Assembly: GCA_951406725.2 (NCBI GenBank)
Contig: OX597818.1
Coordinates: 87,978,001-88,042,000 of the forward strand
Direction: 5' to 3'
Origin: Octopus vulgaris
Taxonomy: Eukaryota
Length of the DNA: 64,000 nucleotides
Shown here: positions 14,246 to 29,516 of the stretch, one piece after another
Layout of the letters: every line of letters starts with the position of its first letter
Position numbering within the stretch: the first letter of the stretch is position 1
Made by a program: the position numbers and the translations under genes
The notes under the pieces: model-generated
Database searches by the model: none
Told to the model about the DNA's origin: nothing
What the model saw: only the letters and a program-made list of their open reading frames with translations

Positions 14246-15881
14246 TATTTTCAACTATTTTCAAACAAGATGATGGTCGTGAACCCCCTCCATTTGATAG
14301 ATCGGTACCTCCAATGCTTCGATTGATCATCACGCGGGACCAAGTCAAACGTGTTATTCAAGGCCTCGATGTCAACAAGGGTCACGGCCCTGACGGCATA
14401 CACCCACGGGTTATCAAAGCGTTGGCTCCGGTCATCTGCGAGCCCTTAACACGACTATTCAATATGTCATTGGCGACGGGTGTTATACCTGCAGACTGGA
14501 GAACAGCGATAATCTGCCCAATTTTCAAGAAAGGGAGCCGCGAAGACCCGCTTAACTACCGACCGGTTTCCCTTACATCAATAATCAGCAAGATGTTCGA
14601 AACCATCCTTAAGAAAAGTATGATGCTCCACCTCCTAAGCACAGCCTCGATCACTGATTCCCAACACGGCTTCGTGCCGAAGAGATCATGCTTGACCAAC
14701 TTACTAGTAATGGAAGAATTGGTGACGCGCATCCTCGATGATAGTGATGCTGTTGACATCGTTTTATTGGACTTTGCCAAAGCTTTTGACTCGGTAAACC
14801 ACCGCCTACTACTTGTCAAGCTTCAAGCATATAGTTTCCATCCGGATATTGTACGATGGGTTGGTGCCTTCCTCTCAGATCGCTCCTTCCAAGTTCAAGT
14901 TAATGGTTCGCGGTCCGACGTCTCCAGTGCGAGCAGTGGCGTGCCTCAAGGTTCAGTGCTTGGGCTCTTGTTGTTCTTAGTCTTCATAAATGACTTGCCC
15001 GACGACCTCACGCAACACACCCTTCTATTTGCCGACGATATCAAACTGGTCGCTCCTCGCGGTAGTATAGAGGATCTTCGTCGATGCCTCCACCAAATTT
15101 GGAAGTGGTCTAACGATTGGGACCTGTGTCTGAACGTGTCAAAGTGCTGTCATCTGCCTGTCGGCTCTACTCCTGCAACTCAACTTGATTTCGAGCCGGG
15201 TCGTCTGCTGCTGGAGAGGACCGATCAGGTAAGGGACCTGGGTATCTTGGTGGATTCCTCCTTTTCGCCTTCGGCCCAGTGCGTCCATGCTGCCAACAAA
15301 GCGCGCGGAATTCTGTTTTTGATTCGACGGTCATTCGGAGTGCTCACAGCAGCCATATTCCTGCCACTCTATGTCACGCTGGTGAGACCCATATTGGAGT
15401 ATGGGATTCAAGCCTCTTCTCCTTATCTCCTCAAAGACATACAGCACCTCGAAAGAGTCCAGAGTCTGGCTACCCGCCTGGTTCATGGTCTCAAAAATTT
15501 GTCCTACGAGGACGCTCGACCTTTATTCTCTTGAAAAACGCCGCCGCCGTGGTGATCTCATTCTCGCCCACAACATCATAAGCGGGAAGTGTAACCTCTC
15601 GAAAGAGCTGTTCTTCACTCCTGCTCCGGAGCGTCGGCTGCGGGGTCATTCCGAAAAGCTCTACCTGCGACGATTTCATCTCAATCGAAGGAGAGGAGCT
15701 TTCTCCGTCCGGGTTGCGGATCCGTGGAACAAGCTGCCAGATGAGATGGTGAAGATGCCAACGACCGCTTTGTTCAAAGCCTCCCTGGACCTCAAGTGGA
15801 CTGAACTCTTTACATGAACACCACCCTGTACTTAACTCTATGTCCCCCTACATGGCCTTGCTATTTGCTTTTGAGCCAAAT

Positions 15882-15890
<9 letters not shown>
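14246..15890 (+). mobile_element. 5'-truncated CR1-like LINE, relatively young
   Basis: GC-rich block between (CT)n and (TA)n; RT ORF, C-terminal domain, short 3' UTR ending in TTAACTAACT. Confidence 0.9.
14314..15817 (+). pseudogene. LINE ORF2 reverse transcriptase (CR1 group), one frameshift near 15510
   Basis: GPDGIHP, NYRPVSLTS, QHGF..KRSC.TNL, LDFAKAFDSVNH, SGVPQGSVLG, LFADDIKL, RDLGI, LVRPILEYG; continues in another frame LDLYSLEKRRRRGDLI...FSVRVADPWNKLP. Confidence 0.93.
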
Positions 15891-15953
<63 letters not shown>

Positions 15954-16026
15954 TATAAATATATATGTGTGTTTGTGTGTGTCCAAAGTATATGTACATG
16001 TATGTAAATGTATATACATGTGTGAT

Positions 16027-16102
<76 letters not shown>

Positions 16103-16379
16103 GTATATATATGTATATATCATTATATTATATATATATGTGTATGTGTGTGTGTGTGTGTGTGTGTGTACCCTAAAGCCATTTTGCACATTTGCGAAAG
16201 AATCTGCCTGAGTCCGCTACAGGTTAGGGCCACTGTTTGTAGCAAATGGTTCACTGACTGCACGCCCTCTTTGGATATGCGATATAGTAAAATAACTGTT
16301 CCAATGTGTTTTAATTTTTCCACTGGGAAATATGCAAATAAACAATTCTGATGAGTTCTTCAGCCGCAGATTTATATAA

Positions 16380-17712
<1,333 letters not shown>

Positions 17713-17725
17713 TCTATTTATATAT

Positions 17726-17766
<41 letters not shown>

Positions 17767-18149
17767 ATGCATCTATTCCACCCTCAGCGTTTGTCCACCG
17801 GTGTCCATTTGCTTACCCACGTAACTTAGCGGTTCGGCAAAGATATAGGCATGCATACGTACACACACATATATACAAATATGTGTGTGTATGTATGTAT
17901 ATATATATGTATATATGTGTGTGTATGTGTGTGTGCGGTATGTGTGTGCGTGTGTGTGTGTGCATATGTGTGTGTGCGTGTGTGTGTTTATGTGTGTGTT
18001 TATGTATGTGTGGTGTGTTATACATATATGCATGTATATATGCTTATATACATGTATATATACATGTGTGCATGCATGCACGCCTGCTTATGTATTCAAC
18101 TCATGCATATACTCCTTTGCTATCTACCTGAGTTAACAACTGAAGGGAT

Positions 18150-18180
18150 AATCATTACCACAACCACCACCACCACCACC

Positions 18181-18262
<82 letters not shown>

Positions 18263-18977
18263 TTCTCACCTGCATCGCCGGCTCACCTGTCATCCTCCTC
18301 CTCGTCGTCGTCATCCTCCTCTTCATCATCATCCTCATCATCATCATCACAACCACCGCAAATTTTTTATTTATTTAATTAATCGTTTAATAATTTTGGT
18401 CCTGAACGGACGAGGATCGTCAGTAGCCGTTTCCTCCTACCCATATTCTCCGCATAATCGCTATTTCCCACCCCCACCACATCCTCCGCACCAACTCCCT
18501 ATTTCACCACGTCACCCACCCTCCACCCTCCACCCTCCACTCTCCACCCTGCAGCAAGCCTTTTGTTTTTTGTTTTACGCTGCCTACGCCCCACATATAT
18601 AATCATGACGAATCTACGAACGTTAAAACATCTTCAATTTGCTTCATATATTAAACTCCGCATCATGCAACCCATATAAACACCCGTCCACCAAGCAATC
18701 AACCCGCCAATCAGCCAACCAACCAACCAACCAACCAACCCGTTTACCTGGCTGTGAGAACAATAACAGCAACAACAAGAACAAGAGCAACAACACCGTA
18801 ATTGTATGTTTTATTCCGTTGTAGTGAGCGGCTATGATAATTCAGGTTTATGTTCCTCTGGAAAGGTTATCTGGTGCAGTCGACTGCACCCATTGACTCG
18901 GCAAGTAAATTAGCTTGAAATATGTAATAACCACAACGGTAACCGCCATCTTCCTACCCATCACACAAACAGCGTCG

Positions 18978-19020
<43 letters not shown>

Positions 19021-19790
19021 TATCATCATTAGTGTCGTCATCATTTATCATTGCCATAGTCGTCGTCATGGTCAGCATCATCATCATCATCACCCTGATG
19101 ATCATCGTCGTCGTCGTCATCGTCATCATCACCATTACCCCCCCCCCCAAAAAAAACCCCACCTCCACCTCCCAAACCACCCCCACCTCCCAAACCACCT
19201 CCACCTCCCAAACCACCTCCACCTCAAAACCACCTCCTCCCCCAAAACCACCTCCATCACCATCATCATCACCATCATCGTCGTCGTCGTCATCATCATC
19301 ATCATCATCATCAGAACCTCCAGCGCAATTACCGACATCATCAGCAGCAACACGCTCAGTACCACTACCATGACTACCACCACCACCACCACCATAACCA
19401 ACAACAACAACAACAAAAACAACAACAACAATAACACCACAACCACCACCACTATCACCACCGCCACCACAACTATCATTATCGTCATCGCCATCATCGT
19501 CGTCATCATCATCATCATCGTCATCACTATCATCACCTCACTTATCATCATCATCATTATCGCCATCATCAATTTCATCTTCCTCCTCTTCTTCCTCCTC
19601 TTCCTCGTTCCCCACCACCAATGTTACCATCATTATCTCCCAGGCGTTAACCCTTCTTCCTCCTTCTCCTCCTCCTCCACCACCACCACCACCACCATCA
19701 ACAACAACAACAACAACCACACCAACCGCAATAACAGCAGCGCTCCAGTCAATATCTACATCAGCCTCACTATCGTGTCACAGTAACCTC
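18150..19790. repeat. Mosaic trinucleotide low-complexity tract (ACC/ACT/ATC/GTC/AAC) with an 18-bp CCTCCCAAACCACCTCCA-type minisatellite near 19160-19240
   Basis: Directly visible. Confidence 0.9.
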
Positions 19791-20055
19791 TCCAAACCGA
19801 CGATTACTTACAAACAAATAGCCAATGAGAGAAATTCTACATGCTCAAATGTCTTACTAGAAATAGAAGTTAAACCTCTCCCAAACCACGCCCTCCACCC
19901 GTCTTCAAAACGCCCACGATAGATAACGTGGATCTGGATAGATAACGTGGCCCACATAGGAAAAGACGTGATGTTCACCACTGGAATGTTTTAAAATGAT
20001 AGTTCTACGCAACCAGACGTGTGACCGGGTGCGCTAAACAACAACAACAACAGCA

Positions 20056-20245
20056 GTGGAGGCGCAATGGCCCAGTGGTTAGGGCAGCGGACTCGCAGTC
20101 GTAAGAACGCGGTTTCGATTCCCAGACCGGGCATTGTGAGTGTTTATTGAGCAAAACCACCTAAGCTCCACGGTGCGGAGGTGGGGTGGGATGAACCCGC
20201 TGTACTCTTTCATCACAAGTTTCTCTCACTCTTTATTCCTACTTC
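20056..20245 (+). mobile_element. tRNA-derived SINE family C
   Basis: A-box TGGCCCAGTGG and B-box-like GTTTCGATTCC; matches 31111-31410 and 55608-55915. Confidence 0.8.
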
Positions 20246-20543
20246 TACGTTGCTAGTGTTTAGCGAAACTGTGATCACAGATGTTCCAGCTGTGACCACC
20301 CTGTCTTTTTCTCAGACTATTTTGTACAAATAATAGCATATTAAATGAATATTTGTATTGTATCAATAAATGCAAACGTGAGATAAACAACTTCTGAGTA
20401 ATTGCAATTTACAGGCTCCAGTTAGTTATGTTGTACTCTCTGTATAAAAAATATTTTACACACACATACACACACACACACAAATGCACACACACATGCA
20501 CCAACATGCATACTCATTTACTCATAGATGCAGATACATACAT

Positions 20544-20586
<43 letters not shown>

Positions 20587-20875
20587 TTGTATATATATAA
20601 TATCGCCAGCTACCAAGGGACAAGCTTAACTCGGCCTGTTCAAAAGAATGACAAGCAAATCTGTTGTATTGAACAGAATATTTGCTGTGGCTCACGTTTT
20701 ATACCAAGACCAAACGTACATGATAACACTTTATGATAACAGTTAAGATCAGAAGCCATGAGAGCCAATGCTTGGTATTGCATCAGGGCATGTCTTCTTC
20801 TTCTTCTTCTTCTTCTTCTTCTTCTTCTTCTTCTTCTTCTTCTTCTTCTTCTTCTTCTTCTTCTTCTTCTTCTTC

Positions 20876-20926
<51 letters not shown>

Positions 20927-21154
20927 TGACGACAAAAGAATAAATGAGACCTCTATATTATGTAATTAGAGGAATTTATCTGTAATATAATATGTGACAA
21001 TGAGTCGGTTGCTATAATAAAACTCAGAGTTTTATATATAGACATCACTGAAGTGACTAAGAGTTCTAGTTAGTGACATCTGTACTTCTGCCTTTCGGTT
21101 GTAAATTGCAAATGAACCGCATTTATTATTTATGTGTGTGTGTGTTTGTGAGTG

Positions 21155-21227
<73 letters not shown>

Positions 21228-21243
21228 TGTGTGTGCATATATA

Positions 21244-21450
21244 TGACCATGGGTGCACCTAATAGGTTTCCCTCCGGGATACAGGTCTGGGCGGAAGCTC
21301 ATCCCATCGGCGAACGCACAACCTAGGGATGTTTTTTTTTATGGAAGACCAGCAGTCGTCCATGTATACCGGTCTCCCCTCTCCACGCCACCAATGTTAT
21401 CCAAGGGAAAGGCAAAGGCCGTTTCAGCTTGTCACCAGTGATGTCACAAC
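21244..21450 (-). mobile_element. SINE 3' fragment related to 25875-26170
   Basis: Shared tttatggaagaccagcagtcg.ccatg.atacc.gtctcccctct.cacgccacca.tgttatccaagggaaag. Confidence 0.65.
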
Positions 21451-21611
21451 TCAGAAATCTGGATGGTTTTATATTTACAGATTTTTATTAATAAAGATAA
21501 TAAAAATCTGTAAATATAAAACCATCCAGATTTCTGAGTATCTTATTTCTTCTAATATATAATACCTGTACATCACCTCCAAACATTCTAATATATGTGT
21601 GTATATATATA

Positions 21612-21760
21612 TCACCTTCACCTTGATCACCTTAACCGACCAGTCCGCCAGGCGTCCATTTGACACCGCTGGTCACAGCACGCTGTCCACTCCTCTCTGG
21701 ATCGCGCCTTTCTCATCCACGTGATCCCAATCGTCCTCCTGAAATCGTAACTCCACACAC
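21612..21760 (-). mobile_element. 3' end of an RTE-like LINE
   Basis: Minus frame TWMRKARSREEW resembles the RTE C-terminal W...A.DR..W pattern; tail of AAGGTG repeats. Confidence 0.45.
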
Positions 21761-22679
21761 GCACACTCATGTTCCTAGGTATATTTTCCTGCTTGCCTCA
21801 CCAAACCTGCTTACATTTATCATGATTATATCACACATGCAAACCTATACAGAAGATACTTCAACATCAGACATGCAAAAGCGTACGAACTGTTCAATAA
21901 ACTCTGTTTCAATAGGATTTCGATATCTTCTATAATTTTGTCGATCGTAGCCCCGTCACTGCATCTATTGTGATACATAAATACATACATACGTACATCA
22001 TACATACATACATACATCATACAAACATGCATACACACATACATACATACATACATACATACATCATGCATACATACATACATGCATACATACATACATA
22101 CTTTTATACATACATAATAAATGTATATTTATGTGCATGTATGCGTGTGAATGTATATATAACTATACATGTCAGTGAAAATTACCTTTAACTCAACAAC
22201 GTAGCGTTATTTAGACATTATATAATGAAAATATATTTCATCGTTTGGAATTTCGCTTCGATGATCATGGCTGATATTGAGAACAACAACAACAGCAATA
22301 ACAACAATATCTACACCTAATAAATCTGTGCTGTAAGGAAGTCAGCGTTGCTATTCCAATCACTTCACTTGGTCTTTCCAATTAAATAAAGATTTATTCC
22401 GGTGCTATCAGGAAAAATATGAAGCTTTTAAAGATTTATCGCAATGAGGACATCTCTCCATATTTAAACATTTCGCAGCAAAGAAACTTCCCACTGCAGG
22501 CATCTTTCCTTGCCGGAAAATTCGCTATTTCAGATAATGATTGTCATTCGATCTTTTGTAGAATCAGACTATTTTCAAAATACTATTTTCCATTGGAAGT
22601 AAATGACAAAAACGTAAAGGAATTATCATTACCATTACTAACAGATAACAGACCAGAATAGGGAAAAATACATAAAGTT

Positions 22680-22830
22680 GCATGGCCTAGTGGTAAGGGT
22701 CCTGCATTCCCGATCGTAAGATGGAGGTTTCGATTCCCGGAACGGGCGAAGTGTTGTCTACTTGAGTAAAACTTCATTTCACGTTGCTTCAGTCTATTCG
22801 GCTGCAAATGAGTAACCCTGATGTGATATT
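22680..22830 (+). mobile_element. tRNA-derived SINE (family C-like) fragment
   Basis: TGGCCTAGTGG A-box, GTTTCGATTCC B-box, followed by ttcacgttgcttcagtctattcggctg domain. Confidence 0.65.
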
Positions 22831-22832
22831 TA

Positions 22833-22914
22833 GCATATGGCATAGTGGTTAAGAGTGCAGGCTACAACCCCCAAGATTCCGAGTTCGATTCCAAGCAGTG
22901 ACCTGAACAATAAC

Positions 22915-22991
<77 letters not shown>

Positions 22992-22993
22992 TG

Positions 22994-23077
<84 letters not shown>

Positions 23078-23236
23078 TCGAAATATACCTTAGGAGTGAG
23101 AACCCAGGTTCGAAATTTCCCCAAGACACCTGAAGAGGGCTGGAGGGTGAATATCAGCTGAAACGCTGTGTTAACAACAAACAAGATGAAGACAAATATC
23201 TGTCGAATGTAAATAATGTAAATAATGTAAATAATT
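22833..23236 (+). mobile_element. SINE family D: tRNA-like head + (AAT)n + hammerhead-bearing tail
   Basis: A-box TGGCATAGTGG, B-box GTTCGATTCC, (AAT)n, tail with GACAC-CTGAAGA-G-GGCTG..CAGCT-GAAAC-GCT-GTGTT, then (AATGTAAAT)n. Confidence 0.8.
23125..23172 (+). ncRNA. Minimal type-I hammerhead motif with mutated cleavage triplet (GCU)
   Basis: Stem I GACAC/GTGTT, core CTGAAGA and GAAA, stem II GGCTG/CAGCT; U16.1 changed to C relative to the 42186 copy. Confidence 0.6.
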
Positions 23237-24119
23237 TAGCGGGGGTGTTGTGATTTCGATCACTTATAACAACATGGAAACAAGTAATTGACTCCTAAGA
23301 CTCGAAACAGTACATACTTTTATGGAAAATACACTCCAGGTTACAGAATATTAGCAACATCGTGACTATATGAAAAATATGATATACATATTTGATAACC
23401 GATGTTTATTTGTATGGCAGAATCGTTAGCAAGCATAACAAAATGCTTCGTGTCATTTCGATTGTCGCTACCTTTTGTGTTCAAATTCCGCCGAGACTGA
23501 ATTTAGATTTTCTTCCTTTCGAGATCAAATTAGATTATAATTCTTTCAAGATCGATGAAATAAGTACCAGTTAATCACCAAAATTTCAGGCCTCGCGCTA
23601 ATAGTAGAAACTATATTTATTTGTATGGTAGCTATATCAGCGTGTAATAACACATATGAAATTTCTGGAAGTACACGTGATGATAAATGAAAGTACACGT
23701 GATGATAAATGAAAAATGAAACTCGAAGAAAAAATATTACAGACTATACAATAATCATTACAAGTGTAAGTTATATAAGAATTCTTTGTTTACGATTAAT
23801 ACCTAAAAGTTAATTTAAGGATATACATTGTAAATACGGATGATTAACACTGTTTATTTACTTAATTATTAGATCTTCTATTAACTAACAGTAACTGAGA
23901 CGTAGAAATTCAAATTTGTTAACCAATTTGATATAGCTTATGATTTAAAATAATCGCTCCCTAACCCCCAATAATTTTGAAACTCTAAAATATTAATATG
24001 TAACATATAACATGGCTATTATAGCTTATATATCGTACCTTAACAAATGCTTTATTATTTGAAATTTTCTGTAGAAATACTCTATGAAACAATATTAATT
24101 CGTTGGATAAAAATATAAA

Positions 24120-24517
24120 TCTTTATATATAAAAGTGAAGTTGTGTGTCTGTCTCCTACGATTTAGATTCCTAACTACTCCCACATTTTGTAGTGCAGTT
24201 TAACCAAAACCGGGTATCTTATAGTCGTGATTAATATCGAGCCCTTCTGGGTATTAGCGCGCGTCTACGATGAGTCTACGATTAAAAAAAAAAAATTACC
24301 ATAATTTTTTTTACATTTTAATGCATTTTTTCGCTATTATATAGGGGAAGTAACTCTCTAAAAATGTCTACGATGAGTCTACGATTTAAAAAAAAATTAC
24401 CATGATTTTTTTCCATTTTTAATGCATTTTTTTGCTATTTTTTGGCTATAACTCTCTAAAAATGCTTATATAGTTATTTCCCTTACAAACCCGAGCAACG
24501 CCGGGCGATACTGCTAG
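24120..24517 (+). mobile_element. Non-autonomous Helitron
   Basis: 5' TC, 3' CTAG, subterminal GC hairpin CCCGAGCAACGCCGGG, sits between A and T; internal ~100-bp tandem duplication (24263-24465). Confidence 0.8.
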
Positions 24518-24900
24518 TGTAAGTATAATTTAACTTTGACAAAAAGGAAAAAAAATCCTCATATTGGTATATATTTGTACGTATGTTTATATATGTACAT
24601 GTTGCTTCTATTTGGCACCCATACGCATGGACTTGTATGTATTAGAAGAACTATATACTAAAAGCCATGGCCTAACTGTATGTTTTTTATATATTTATAT
24701 ATACATGTATATTTGTATATGTATATGTATATATATTTGTTTGTATGGATTGTGGATTGTTTATCTTGTATCGTAATATTTGTTATATTGGAATCTGTTA
24801 TAATATGTATTGTCAAGTGAAGATTACTATAGATCTAAAAATATTGTTATTATTGATAAATATAAAAATAATAATAATAATAATAATAGTAATAATAATC

Positions 24901-24977
<77 letters not shown>

Positions 24978-25049
24978 TATTATTATAATTATTATTATTA
25001 TTACTATTATAATGATAATAATAACGATTATAATAAAAATAATAATAAT

Positions 25050-25115
<66 letters not shown>

Positions 25116-25251
25116 TGATTATTGTTTGTGTAGTCATGTACATAGACGTATGTATATGTGTAAGTCTATATGGATATGTGTTCATATTTTTATATATATT
25201 AAATTGTACGTGTATCCTGTTTCATGTATAAATATTTTTAAAGTTCTTTAT

Positions 25252-25390
25252 AATCTCTGACGAGGCCTATGGTTATATATAAGTACCCTATTTTTAAATG
25301 CCTACAACCTCAATATAATTGACAACTATAGGCACTGAAAAAAAAAACTACTTTTATCCATAGGCTGAAACAGCTGTAAGGAGTGATTTT
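25252..25390 (+). ncRNA. Type-I hammerhead motif with a long stem II insert
   Basis: CTGACGA (25257), stem II GGCCTATGG/CCATAGGCT, GAAA (25367), palindromic stem III ACAGCTGT, triplet GTA (25376-78); stem I weak. Confidence 0.65.
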
Positions 25391-25570
25391 AATGATTTCA
25401 ATAATTTATTGTATGATTTTTATAATTTCATTCTTATCTTATATGTATTGAATTATAATGTATATATGTATGCTATTAAGGTTCTCATTTTACTTAAATG
25501 AATAAATAATTCAACATTCTAATATCCGAAAACTGATGAACCAACTAAATTGTTTCTCCATTTTCTTATT

Positions 25571-25678
<108 letters not shown>

Positions 25679-25838
25679 TATATACATACATACATACACA
25701 AACACTCGTGTGTAAGTATGGATGTATGTATATACGGACGTACGTATGTGTGCATGCATGTATATATACATGTATGGTTGAACGTGTGTATGCGTGTAGA
25801 AATAGTCGTTTCGTATCTCGTTGTACACGGCGAAAATA

Positions 25839-25874
<36 letters not shown>

Positions 25875-25877
<3 letters not shown>

Positions 25878-26170
25878 GGAGACCCCCTTCGGTCACGACA
25901 CAGACCATGGGATTGCACCTAGAAAGTTACCCTCCTAGACACAAGTCCGGGCAGGGTTGTTTTATGGAAGACCAGCAGTCGCCCATGCATACCAGTCTCC
26001 CCTCTGCACGCCACCAGTGTTATCCAAGGGAAAGACAAAGGTCGATACAGCTTGGCACTAGTGACGTCGCAGCTCATTTCTACAGCTGAGTGAACTGGAG
26101 CAACGTGAAATAAAGTGCCTTGCTCAAGAACACAACACGCAGCCCGGTCCGGGATTCGAGCTCACAACCT
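25875..26170 (-). mobile_element. tRNA-derived SINE (5'-truncated) with conserved central domain
   Basis: Minus strand GCTCGAATCCCGGACCGGG..TTGAGCAAGGCACTTTATTTCACGTTGCTCCAGTTCACTCAGCTG; domain shared with 39029-39276. Confidence 0.7.
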
Positions 26171-26241
26171 ATATATATATATATACGTATCTCTCTCTAT
26201 ATATATATATATATATATTTATATCTCTCTATATATATATA

Positions 26242-26293
<52 letters not shown>

Positions 26294-26790
26294 CATACAT
26301 ACATACATACACACACATATATATATAATACATCAATATATGAATATATATTCTTCGGATGTGTGTAATTAAACGCATGAATGTGTATCATGTATGTAAG
26401 AATATACATAGACAAACACACACAGGCACATACACACATACGCACACACGTACAGACGTACACAAACACACACGCAAAAACGCGCGCGCGCGAATGTAAA
26501 TGAATATTTCATTATAAATACGAGGTAAATACATGACAGCAATGTAATCTTAAGTTTGCAGTCAAACATGCACGTATGATGCCTGTGTGCGAGTATATAA
26601 GTTTCTGTTGGTGTGTGTATGTGTGTGCGCGCGTGTGTCTGTGTGTTTGAGTGTGTGTGTTTGTGTGTCTGTGTGTGTGCCTGTCTGTGTGTATTTGAGT
26701 GTGTGTATGCATCTACTCCTATTCAACAATTTTCATTTCCTGTATGTGTTTGTGTATGTGTGTGTATACATACATACATACATACATACA

Positions 26791-26826
<36 letters not shown>

Positions 26827-27106
26827 CACATATATATATATATACACACACACATACGTATATACATTGTATCATCAGCAGTATTTTTGAATCAACTTAA
26901 AGTGACGTAAGCAGATGCAAAAAGTAAGCATGATAATGTAGAACATAAATACTTAATACAAGTCTGAGAAACTAACAAGATATGCATACATGTAGACTGA
27001 CAGATATACATACATACATACATACATACATATGTACATACATACATATGTACATACATACATATGTACATACATACATTTATACATACATACATACATA
27101 TATACA

Positions 27107-27140
<34 letters not shown>

Positions 27141-27322
27141 CATACATACATACATACATACTCAAACACATACATACAAACATGCATACACACACACATA
27201 CAAACATGTATACACACGCTCATAAATACATCCATACAATCTTAATACACACACGTACACACACACGCACATATAATATATATATATATATAGAGAGAGA
27301 GATAGACAGAGAAGATAAATAC

Positions 27323-27355
<33 letters not shown>

Positions 27356-27464
27356 ATAGGTAGATAAATATAGTCAGATAGATAGATAGACTGATAGATA
27401 AATGATAGATAGTTGTACGTACATATACTGATACATACATACACACACACACACATACACACAC

Positions 27465-27520
<56 letters not shown>

Positions 27521-27622
27521 CCACACATTCACATACATACAGACTAACAAATATATACTTGCATACATAGTACATATATATATATATATTTGTGTATGCG
27601 TGAGTTATTATTCCTATTATTA

Positions 27623-27679
<57 letters not shown>

Positions 27680-28314
27680 GCGAAAACAGTTTGATTCGAT
27701 TTCCGTGCTACTTCAAGTCTTTTTCTATGTCTATATATATTAATACACACACACACACACACACACATACATACATAAATACATACACTTGTATATATAT
27801 ATATAAATATAGAAACATGCATACTTATACACGTGCATAAATAAAGACTTACAAATTGCTATATAGAATACAAATGTATTTATATATACAAAGATTTATC
27901 TACCCATCTACCATTCTCGCACCCGCCTTTCTGTCTTGCTTTTTATTTTAACAAGTACACATATACATATGTATGAATGTATGTATATAAGTATGTGTAT
28001 ATACATAGAGAGCATACACACCCATGTACTCTCTCTCTCTTTCTCTCACACTCGTGTGCGTGCGCACAGACAAAGAAACAGCCAAATGGACAAATAAAGG
28101 AAGAATCTATGACAGTCTGCTAAATAGACATGAAGAAAATGGACGTATAGCAAAATACAAATTTGTTGATTCAAAGATACACTTACACACAGACATACAC
28201 GCAAAAACACTCGCAAATACATATACATATACACCTAGACATACATACACACTTATAATGATAGATAGATAGATTGATAGATAGATAGACTCACAGATAG
28301 GTGGAGAGGTGTGC

Positions 28315-28370
<56 letters not shown>

Positions 28371-28527
28371 TATATAAATTTATATTTAATATAAACATAT
28401 ATAAACGTATATATATTTATACATATGTATATATATGCACGTGTGTGTGTGGGTGTATATATGTATATATATATATATATATATATACATACATATATAT
28501 ATACAATGAGAGAAAGAGAGATGATAT

Positions 28528-28576
<49 letters not shown>

Positions 28577-28845
28577 GAGAGACAGAGAGAGACAGAGACA
28601 GATAGACAGAAAGACGGATAGATAGATAAATAGATAGATAGATACACTGACAGATAGGTGGAAAAGTGTGCATGTGTGTGTGTGTATATATATTATATAA
28701 AATCATATTTAATATAAACATATATATAGGTATATATACGTATATATATATTTATATATATGTGTATATATATGCGTGTGTATGTATGTATATATAATAT
28801 AAAGCGAGAGAGAGAGAGAGATGACAGACAGAGAGAGAGAGAGAG

Positions 28846-28928
<83 letters not shown>

Positions 28929-29516
28929 CCGACCGAAAATCCTAAATGAGACAGCTGCAGTTGTTTTGAGAGGGTATCTAAACATGGAAGCAGATGTACA
29001 AATATCCACCTACACTCTCCTTCTATCTTCATATTTCCTTGAGCGCCATAATTAAATTACATTTCAGAAGATATTCACGCAACTTCTTTGTGTTCTTCCT
29101 GTGGCTGACTTACTATAAATGACATTTGTATATTATTTTATTTTTATCTCTCATATTCCCATGCTGCTGATCCTATTGGTGGTGGCGCTGCTAACGCTGT
29201 TGCTGTTGTCGTTATGGACGGACATTAGCTCTGAGCAGATTTTATGCCGAAGTGATCCACTACATGACAATAGTATGTTTATATCTACATAGTTTACCTT
29301 GGACTACATTATTTCAATGTGTCCATCCTTCAACGAAAATTATTATTATCTTGCTAGCACCAACGTATTATCAAAAACTGTGCCCTCGGATTCACTTCAC
29401 TCCCCACCATCACTACGCCACATTTCTGATATTTAACGAACTAAATATTTCTCCATGTCGTCGAGCGGGCAGAATCGTTAGGCGCAGGAGTGGCTGTCTG
29501 GTAAAAAGCATGCTTA

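Noticed and set aside
18848-19786. Ser/Thr/Pro-rich, mucin-like ORFs
   Set aside because: Trinucleotide mosaic open in several frames on both strands; no splice or domain support.
20056-20130. tRNA genes at SINE heads (also 22833, 31111, 42070, 52890, 55608)
   Set aside because: A and B boxes are present, but the acceptor stem does not close, the anticodon varies between copies and SINE body sequence follows.
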